Virus record (IMG/VR): IMGVR_UViG_2919289632_000001
DNA: 38,470 nucleotides
Origin: a virus
Strand: one strand, 5' to 3'
A program made the position numbers and the translations under genes. Each line of letters opens with the position of its first letter. Positions within the stretch are counted from its first letter, which is position 1. This document shows positions 33,114 through 38,470 of the stretch, in pieces. Under the pieces are notes generated by a model that saw only the letters and a list, made by a program, of their open reading frames with translations, had not been told where the DNA came from and searched no databases.

Positions 33114-33527
33114 TTGACCATGACACAGCGAATCGAAATTCTCGAAAACGGTGCTGTGGTTGGCACCATCATTGCGGACGAAGAGGCCGCAGAGCAGCTC
33201 TATCCCGGCGCGTGGCGCCTGGCAGAGCAGCAGGAGGAGCCAGCACCAGCGCCAGACCTGCGCATCACCCGCCTGGCTTTCCTAGACCGCTTCACCGATG
33301 CCGAGGCCGTGGCCATCGATCTGGCGAGCCTCGGCGCCACGGTGCAAGCGGCAGGCCTGCGGCGCTACCTGCACAAGGTCAATTCGGCCCAGCACATCGA
33401 CCTGGCCCGCGCGGACCTGCAGGCCGGTGTGCAGGCGCTGGAGGCGGCTGGCTTGCTGGCTGCGGGCCGGGCCGAGCAGATCCTGACCGCTCCGATCACG
33501 GACGTGGAACGCTACCGGGGGCAGTGA
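33114..33527 (+). CDS. Hypothetical protein (137 aa), in the position of a tail-fibre accessory gene
   Basis: Track ORF with a TTG 33114 or ATG 33120 start. TGATG coupling to the next gene. Confidence 0.7.
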   Translation: MTMTQRIEILENGAVVGTIIADEEAAEQLYPGAWRLAEQQEEPAPAPDLRITRLAFLDRFTDAEAVAIDLASLGATVQAAGLRRYLHKVNSAQHIDLARADLQAGVQALEAAGLLAAGRAEQILTAPITDVERYRGQ

Positions 33528-34000
33528 TGCAAGTCGCTTTCTACAAAGGCCGCAAGCGGCTATTCAACCGACTCACCGCCTGGTGGCTGCGCGGGGCCTA
33601 CAGCCATTGCGAGTTGGTGCTCGGCACCAGTCCCAGCGGCCTCACGATCTGCGCCAGCAGCTCCTTCATGGACGACGGCGTGCGCGTGAAGCACATGCAG
33701 CTGGACCCGGAGCACTGGGATCTGGTGGCGGTGGATGGCAGCACAGATGACGCATGGGCGTGGCTGCTGCAGCACCAAGGGCAGAAGTACGACCTGCTGG
33801 GGCTGGCGGGCTTTGTCGCCCGCGTGCTGGGCCATGACAAGGCCCGGTGGGTGTGCAGTGAGGCGGTGGCCGCGATGCTCGGCATCCCCGAATCTTGGCG
33901 CTTCGACCCGTGCAGCTTATGGGCCGCGTTATCTCGGCAAATGTCCACCCCCCACCAACCCGCCTCGGCGGGTTTTTCTTTGCCAGAAAGGGCAGCATGA
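33527..34000 (+). CDS. Conserved prophage protein, possibly papain-fold (NlpC/P60- or YiiX-like)
   Basis: MQVAFYKGRKRLFNRLTAWWLRGAYSHCELV...GQKYDLLGLAGF...WVCSEAVA pattern. The family assignment is from memory only. Confidence 0.7.
   Translation: MQVAFYKGRKRLFNRLTAWWLRGAYSHCELVLGTSPSGLTICASSSFMDDGVRVKHMQLDPEHWDLVAVDGSTDDAWAWLLQHQGQKYDLLGLAGFVARVLGHDKARWVCSEAVAAMLGIPESWRFDPCSLWAALSRQMSTPHQPASAGFSLPERAA
33957..33977 (+). terminator. Hairpin plus T-run just upstream of the holin start
   Basis: AACCCGC-CTCG-GCGGGTT followed by TTTTT. It lies inside the 3' end of the preceding CDS. Confidence 0.45.
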
Positions 34001-34266
34001 AAACAGAAACGATTGAACAGGTCGGCGGTGCAGCCAATAAGGTCACTCTGGCCGGTGCGGGGATGACGGGCTGGGGCTGGCTGGCCTCCAATGAGTTCCT
34101 TGGACTCGTGGGCGCGCTGGTCGCTGTGGGCGGCCTGGTGGTCACTTGGTACTACAAGCGAGAGGCAAACAAGCGCCTGATCGAGGAGCACAAGTGGCGG
34201 GTTGTGCGCCTGCGTCGTGGGCTGGACAGCGACACCGATCTGGGCGAACTGGGAGCTGAAGAGTGA
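33997..34266 (+). CDS. Holin (2-TM, pinholin-like)
   Basis: 89 aa. It has two hydrophobic helices (VTLAGAGMTGWGWLA; FLGLVGALVAVGGLVVTWYY) and a charged C-tail. It is directly upstream of the endolysin. Confidence 0.7.
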   Translation: MKTETIEQVGGAANKVTLAGAGMTGWGWLASNEFLGLVGALVAVGGLVVTWYYKREANKRLIEEHKWRVVRLRRGLDSDTDLGELGAEE

Positions 34267-34886
34267 ACGCCCCGGTTCAAGGACGCGGTAAGGTGTGGCC
34301 CAGCATTGGGGCGGCCGTGCTCGCCGTCGTGGCCGGGGTGGTGGCGGTGGAGGGTGGCTACAGCAACAACCCTGCAGACCCAGGCGGCGAGACGAACCAC
34401 GGCGTGACCGTTCAGGTAGCGCGCGAGGCAGGGTACACCGGCCCCATGCGCGAACTGCCCAAGGAATTCGCCCAGCAGATCTATGCCAGGGACTACATCG
34501 AGCGGCCCAACTTCCACCGCGTGATCGCCATGTCCCCGGCCGTGGGCGAGAAACTGGTGGACGCTGGGGTGAATGCTGGGCCCGGTCGCTCCGCGCGCTG
34601 GTTTCAGCAGAGCCTGAACCACCTCAGCCGAGGCGGCGCCGACTTCCCCTTGGTGGCGGTGGATGGGCAGGTGGGTGCGCAGTCGCTGGCCGCCTATCAA
34701 GCGCTGGAACGTAAGCGCGGCCGGGTCAAGGCCTGTGAGCTCACCCTGAAGCTGTTCGACGCCCAGCAGGGCGCGCACTACATGAGCTTGAACAAGCCCA
34801 TGTTCATCGTCGGCTGGACCGACAACCGCCTGGGCAACGTGCCTCTCGCGCGTTGTGCCGACTCTGTGGCTGGAGGTGCCAAATGA
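34263..34886 (+). CDS. GH108-family endolysin with an N-terminal SAR-like signal anchor and a PG-binding C-domain
   Basis: The GTG start overlaps the holin stop. The signal anchor is VWPSIGAAVLAVVAGVVAV and the GH108 signature is EGGYSNNPADPGGETNHGVT. Confidence 0.9.
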   Translation: MNAPVQGRGKVWPSIGAAVLAVVAGVVAVEGGYSNNPADPGGETNHGVTVQVAREAGYTGPMRELPKEFAQQIYARDYIERPNFHRVIAMSPAVGEKLVDAGVNAGPGRSARWFQQSLNHLSRGGADFPLVAVDGQVGAQSLAAYQALERKRGRVKACELTLKLFDAQQGAHYMSLNKPMFIVGWTDNRLGNVPLARCADSVAGGAK

Positions 34887-35248
34887 ATCCGATCCTGATC
34901 GCCCTGGCCATCAGCGTGGCTGCGAATGCCGCACTGGGCTGGGCCTATCTGGGCCAGCGCGACGACACCGCTACAGCCCAGGCCGACCTGCGCGCCGTGG
35001 AGGGCCAGCGCGACGGCGCCCGCCAGGCGGCCAGCGCCTGCAGCGACAGCGTGGACGACTTGCGCGAGCTGGCCGACAAGCGGGCCCGCGATGCCGCGCC
35101 AGCCCGTGCAGCCGCTGCAAGTGCTGCACACGGGCACAACCAGCGGGCCGACCTGATCCTGGCCGCGCCTGCCCTGGTGCCGGGCGATGCCTGTGCCAGC
35201 GCGCAGGCTCGGGTGGATGACTGGCTCAAGGGGAGGGTGAAGCCATGA
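34883..35248 (+). CDS. i-spanin (Rz-like)
   Basis: ATG 34883 has GGAGG 6 nt upstream and an ATGA overlap. It has an N-terminal TM (ILIALAISVAANAALGWAYL) followed by an Ala/Arg-rich coiled region. Confidence 0.7.
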   Translation: MNPILIALAISVAANAALGWAYLGQRDDTATAQADLRAVEGQRDGARQAASACSDSVDDLRELADKRARDAAPARAAAASAAHGHNQRADLILAAPALVPGDACASAQARVDDWLKGRVKP

Positions 35249-35607
35249 GCCACCTTGCAAAGCCAGTTCGATTGGGCTATGGCCAGGGATATGAACCGTG
35301 TGCTGTGGAGGAGGCTACGCACCTGACGTTGAATATTCCGGGACCTACCGGACAGCTCACGTTGCCTGTGATGCTCAAAGGTCGGCGCGAGGGGACTGGC
35401 TGCTGGACGTGGAACGGAAGCATTGACGCTCCCACCCTGCGCCCAAGCGTTCTGACCACCGCACCGCCTGGCGGCCGAGAGGGCGGATTTCAGTGCCACA
35501 CATGGATCACTGACGGTCAGGCTCAGTACCTGGACGATTGCTCGCACGCACTGCGCGGACAGACCGTGCCCCTCAACCCCTTGGAGGATGCCCCATGCGA
35601 ATCGTGA
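35245..35607 (+). CDS. Small Cys/His protein (DUF6527-like pattern)
   Basis: CWTWNGSIDAPTLRPSV...FQCHTWITDGQAQYLDDCSHALRGQTVPL matches a recalled phage family. ATGA-coupled. Confidence 0.7.
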   Translation: MSHLAKPVRLGYGQGYEPCAVEEATHLTLNIPGPTGQLTLPVMLKGRREGTGCWTWNGSIDAPTLRPSVLTTAPPGGREGGFQCHTWITDGQAQYLDDCSHALRGQTVPLNPLEDAPCES

Positions 35608-35909
35608 TCATTGGGCTTTTGGTTTTGCTGGCCGGTTGCGAGACGGCGCCCCGTGTCGAGATCCAGCGCGTGAACATGGCTGTGCCCGTGGCATGCCAGG
35701 AGAAAGAACCCGAGCGCCCGGTGATGCCTACCGAAGCCCTGCGGCCAGGCGCCACGGTGGATCAGTTCACCCAGGCGGCCCAGGCCGAGATCGAGCGCCG
35801 CGAGGGCTACGAGGTGCAACTGGTGGCAGCCCTGGCCATCTGCACGCGGCCCGTCGATCCAGCGCCCGCGAAGGCGCCGCTGGGGCTGCGGGCGGCGTGG
35901 CCGAAGTAG
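35595..35909 (+). CDS. Outer-membrane lipoprotein (o-spanin candidate)
   Basis: ATG 35595 has GGAGGA 6 nt upstream. The lipobox is LLAGC. The mature N-terminus is Pro-rich with conserved Cys residues. Confidence 0.75.
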   Translation: MRIVIIGLLVLLAGCETAPRVEIQRVNMAVPVACQEKEPERPVMPTEALRPGATVDQFTQAAQAEIERREGYEVQLVAALAICTRPVDPAPAKAPLGLRAAWPK

Positions 35910-35922
35910 GGCGGCCAGAGCG

Positions 35923-36528
35923 TCAGGCCTTCACGGCCGCTTGACGACGTGTCCGGAGCTGTGCGCAAGATTCATAGGCGTCCGCGACGTCCGACAGGTG
36001 CATCTGCATCGGAAGTTCATTGCCGGGCACGAACACCTTGAACCAGGTGCTCCCCTGGTCGACCTCGATGAAGGCGAACGCAGTGATGGGCGCGGCCTCA
36101 AAGTCGTCATCGGGCACCATCTGAACCATCTGCGGATGGCCAGGCTTCACGCTCTTGATGCGCGCGAGATTCTGTGTGTCCCGGGTGTCGAACACATAGG
36201 CCGCCTGGGGTGCGACAGCCTGGCGCCGCGCCAACTCGTTGAGCCGCGTCTGCCAGCCTGGACCGGAGGCCTTCAGCGCCACCAGCACGTCCGGGTCGAA
36301 CCGGATGTTCGTTGCCACCTTCGGGTTCTCCTTCACCGAGCCCTTCGGGCGTCCACCCTTGGCGCGCGCGGCGATGGCTTCGGGCGTGTGCACGGCGCCC
36401 ACCTTGCCCGCCTTCAGTTCGGCCAGGGACTCGCGCAGGCCGGGGATGGCCTGGCCTGCGTCTGCCTCGATGGCCCGGGCCACCTTGTCGGCGTCCAGGC
36501 CCTGAAAGTCTTTCAGGGTTTTGATCAT
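35923..36528 (-). CDS. Antitoxin: BrnA-like RHH N-half fused to a ~100-aa unknown C-terminal domain
   Basis: GGRPKGSVKENPKVATNIRFDPDVLVALKASGPGWQTRLNELARR is the BrnA-type pattern. It is ATGA-coupled to the toxin. Confidence 0.75.
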   Translation of the reverse strand: MIKTLKDFQGLDADKVARAIEADAGQAIPGLRESLAELKAGKVGAVHTPEAIAARAKGGRPKGSVKENPKVATNIRFDPDVLVALKASGPGWQTRLNELARRQAVAPQAAYVFDTRDTQNLARIKSVKPGHPQMVQMVPDDDFEAAPITAFAFIEVDQGSTWFKVFVPGNELPMQMHLSDVADAYESCAQLRTRRQAAVKA

Positions 36529-36815
36529 CGTTTGATCTCCTTCGGAAGAATGTTGGCCTTCTCGGCCTTCGTGTACACAGCCACCAGCAGCACGATTTCC
36601 TCGGCGGCGACGTTGAAGTACACCACGCGAGCGCCACCGCGCTTGCCCTTGCCTGCCACCGTCCAGCGCACCTTGCGGGCACCGTCTGCGCTAGGGATCA
36701 CGTCGCCAGCTTCAGGGTTGGCAGCGATGAAGCTGATGAACTCCAGGCGGTCCGCTTCGTTCCACACGTCAGCGACTTGCTTCTGAAATGTGGGGGTTTC
36801 GATGACTGTGAACAT
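36525..36815 (-). CDS. RelE/HigB-family (DUF1044-like) toxin
   Basis: ATG 36815 (MFTVIETPTFQKQ...). GARKVRWTVAGKGKRGGARVVYFNVAAEEIVLLVAVYTKAEKANI is the family signature. Confidence 0.85.
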   Translation of the reverse strand: MFTVIETPTFQKQVADVWNEADRLEFISFIAANPEAGDVIPSADGARKVRWTVAGKGKRGGARVVYFNVAAEEIVLLVAVYTKAEKANILPKEIKR

Positions 36816-36822
36816 GGGTTTA

Positions 36823-36870
36823 TTGTATCCACAAAATACATTTCGGCAAGCTGCTTTTGTGTAGATACAA
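36823..36870. promoter_or_regulatory. Imperfect inverted repeat in the AT-rich TA promoter region
   Basis: TTGTATCCACAAAA (36823-36836) pairs with TTTTGTGTAGATACAA (36855-36870). Confidence 0.45.
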
Positions 36871-36914
36871 AAAATAATTAACTGATCTTTTATCCAGTGG
36901 TGCACAATCTCGCC

Positions 36915-37205
36915 ATGCCGTCCGATCAGCTCGTCCAAACCGCTCTCGCCATCCTTGGCCCTGCCGCCATCTGGCTCTCCCAGAGCCGCACCGTGCATTT
37001 CCAGCGCTGGGCTTGCATCGTCGGCCTGGTCAGCCAGCCTTTCTGGTTCTGGTCCGTGTGGCGCAGCGGCCAATGGGGTGTCGGCGTGGTGGCGGTGGTC
37101 TGCGCGCTGGCATGGCTCAAGGGGCTGTGGGTTCACTGGCTGGCACCGCGCCCATCGTCTGGGCTCGCCATGCTGTCGCTGCCTCCAGAGAGCAAGCTGA
37201 AATGA
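36915..37205 (+). CDS. Small integral membrane protein (about 3 TM, Trp-rich)
   Basis: High GC3 in frame. Hydrophobic segments are ALAILGPAAIWL, ACIVGLVSQPFWFW and VGVVAVVCALAWL. An alternative GTG start lies at 36897. Confidence 0.7.
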   Translation: MPSDQLVQTALAILGPAAIWLSQSRTVHFQRWACIVGLVSQPFWFWSVWRSGQWGVGVVAVVCALAWLKGLWVHWLAPRPSSGLAMLSLPPESKLK

Positions 37206-37486
37206 TCGAGATTGGCGTGGACAAGGGGATCTTGGTGAAGATCCTGGGCCAAGACATCAGTCGCGGTATGGCCCAGCTACCGCCAGCGGGGCCGGATCAG
37301 CCGGAGAAGATGCAGGCGGTGATCGAGGTTGCGCCCCATGGCCGGGTGCGCATCACCTACCGACTGAACAGAAGCCCTCGGAGGAAGGTTAATCTCTGGT
37401 TCTGGACCGCTTTCCACGCGGTAGCCGAACCCCTTCAAGAAGACCAGCCTTCAGATGCTCCTGACCCTGCACATCAGCAAGATTGA
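37202..37486 (+). CDS. Hypothetical protein (94 aa)
   Basis: The in-frame ATG at 37202 is ATGA-coupled to the membrane-protein gene. Confidence 0.6.
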   Translation: MIEIGVDKGILVKILGQDISRGMAQLPPAGPDQPEKMQAVIEVAPHGRVRITYRLNRSPRRKVNLWFWTAFHAVAEPLQEDQPSDAPDPAHQQD

Positions 37487-37724
37487 ACCCGGAAACTATC
37501 GCGTGATCGTCCTCGACGGGCGGGAAGAGTTGGACCAGTGGGGTGCCCCGAACATCGGCGCCGCGATCCGGCAGTGCAGCCAGGCCGAGATGCCGGACCT
37601 GTCGGGGTTCCACATTTGGTACGAGCACGTCTGCGTAGGCACCACCACGATGAGCAACATGCGAATCGACCCCGAAGGCATTGCGCAGCGGCTGATGGCG
37701 CTGCATGGGGCGGTGCGGGGCTGA
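37455..37724 (+). CDS. Hypothetical protein (89 aa)
   Basis: Track ORF with a natural composition. It overlaps the upstream gene by 32 nt. Confidence 0.6.
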   Translation: MLLTLHISKIEPGNYRVIVLDGREELDQWGAPNIGAAIRQCSQAEMPDLSGFHIWYEHVCVGTTTMSNMRIDPEGIAQRLMALHGAVRG

Positions 37725-37778
37725 GGCTTATCTGCGACCGGACAATATCCGGTCACAAACGGCGGTACAACAATGTTT

Positions 37779-37991
37779 CTAGCTGGGCGCCATATGGCCC
37801 CGGATGATGTCCATCACCATCTGGCGGTGCAGTTCTTGGCTGCTGCCCATGCGAATGCCCTGCGACCAGAGGTCATCGGTAAAGGCCTCGGTGTCGCTGG
37901 TGCGCCGGTGCTCCAGTGGGCGGCCGACCCATTGTGTGTAGACCGCATCATGCTGGTGGCGGGCCAGCTCCGCTTTCGTTTTCTTCGTCAT
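37779..37991 (-). CDS. Hypothetical protein (70 aa)
   Basis: ATG 37991 has AAGGAG 6 nt upstream. Confidence 0.6.
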   Translation of the reverse strand: MTKKTKAELARHQHDAVYTQWVGRPLEHRRTSDTEAFTDDLWSQGIRMGSSQELHRQMVMDIIRGHMAPS

Positions 37992-38072
37992 CAGAATCTC
38001 CTTGAGCCCGACATTGGGCACAACGGAGTCTTGCGTCACGACGACCGAAGCGGCTACAAAATATTCCAAAAA

Positions 38073-38339
38073 TTATTCCGGCAGGGTCAGACCGACCCGC
38101 CCGCCGTCTAGCCGCACCAGTACCGCCCCGGGCGTGGCGATCTCCACCACCGGCACGCCCGCCAGCGATCCTGGATACACGTCGCCAGCCTCCGGCAGCA
38201 TGGCAGCCATGGCCTCCCGGTGGTCTCGCTGGAACTGGCGGAACAGGTCGGGCCCGAGTTCGATGCGTACGGGCATGAGGCGGCCGGCCCTCGGCTCTGA
38301 GTAGATCGCTTCCACCAGTTGCTGAATGATTGGGGCCAT
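38073..38339 (-). CDS. Hypothetical protein (88 aa)
   Basis: Track ORF. It is the last gene before attR. Confidence 0.7.
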   Translation of the reverse strand: MAPIIQQLVEAIYSEPRAGRLMPVRIELGPDLFRQFQRDHREAMAAMLPEAGDVYPGSLAGVPVVEIATPGAVLVRLDGGRVGLTLPE

Positions 38340-38445
38340 GCGCGGGTGATTCTTTTGGGTGAAAACAGGGGAATCAAGGGGAAAACAGGGGTGATTTTCC
38401 TGCCCGCCGCCCTGTAAGGCGTTGATCCATCTGGCTCAAAATTAT

Positions 38446-38470
38446 GGTTCGAGTCCAATCGCGCCTACCA
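38446..38470 (+). repeat. attR core (phage-borne copy of the tRNA 3' end)
   Basis: Identical to 1-25; the printed last line may carry one more A, which would make it 26. The preceding bases are TATGG, not ATTGG, so this copy cannot form the T-stem. Confidence 0.85.

Larger units (their letters stand above)
1..38470. mobile_element. Complete integrated temperate phage (siphovirus-type tail, HK97-like head/packaging module) bounded by att direct repeats
   Basis: Identical repeats at both window ends. Integrase and excisionase sit at the left end. The cI/cro switch, replication, packaging/head/tail and lysis modules follow in canonical order. Confidence 0.9.

Noticed and set aside
34855-35220. 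Embedded o-spanin inside the i-spanin gene (ORFs 34855..35220 and 34926..35156)
   Set aside because: Neither alternative frame has a signal peptide or lipobox, and both are Arg/Pro-rich shadows.

Overview
The window is one complete ~38.4-kb temperate prophage, cut exactly at its att sites. A 25-26 nt direct repeat at 1-25 and 38446-38470 is the 3' end of a tRNA gene. GC content is high, so long antisense shadow ORFs are common; I resolved frames using third-position GC, Shine-Dalgarno (SD) sites and ATGA/GTGA stop-start coupling.

Gene order, left to right:
- int/xis, then a leftward chain of translationally coupled early genes: a SPOUT RNA methyltransferase, an HNH-like protein and several unknowns, including 358-aa and 382-aa helical proteins.
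- A P22 immI-like module: arc-like plus Bro-N antirepressor, facing a divergent mnt-like repressor with shared operators.
- A cI-proximal accessory island with a strand-ambiguous 2-TM (SLATT-like) ORF.
- A cI/cro/cII-like switch with operators and a near-consensus leftward promoter.
- A replication initiator with iterons inside its own gene.
- A Zn-finger candidate late regulator, a terminated leader, and an initiator-type tRNA-Met(CAU).
- An HK97-like late module: HNH, TerS, TerL, portal, protease, capsid, connectors, tail tube, G/GT frameshift chaperone, a low-GC secreted-protein moron, a 1698-aa tape measure and a very small tail-tip/fibre set.
- A holin, SAR-type GH108 endolysin and spanin cassette.
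- A RelE/HigB-type toxin-antitoxin pair and small cargo genes next to attR.

No CRISPR array, rRNA or transposase was seen.

The best candidates for something new are:
- the cI-proximal island (7700-9690), with antisense promoter control of a 2-TM protein;
- the phage initiator tRNA together with the SPOUT enzyme;
- the large unknown early-left proteins (3683-5904);
- the moron in the tail module;
- the antitoxin with an extra C-terminal domain.

All product names come from motifs I recognise by eye. No database search was possible.
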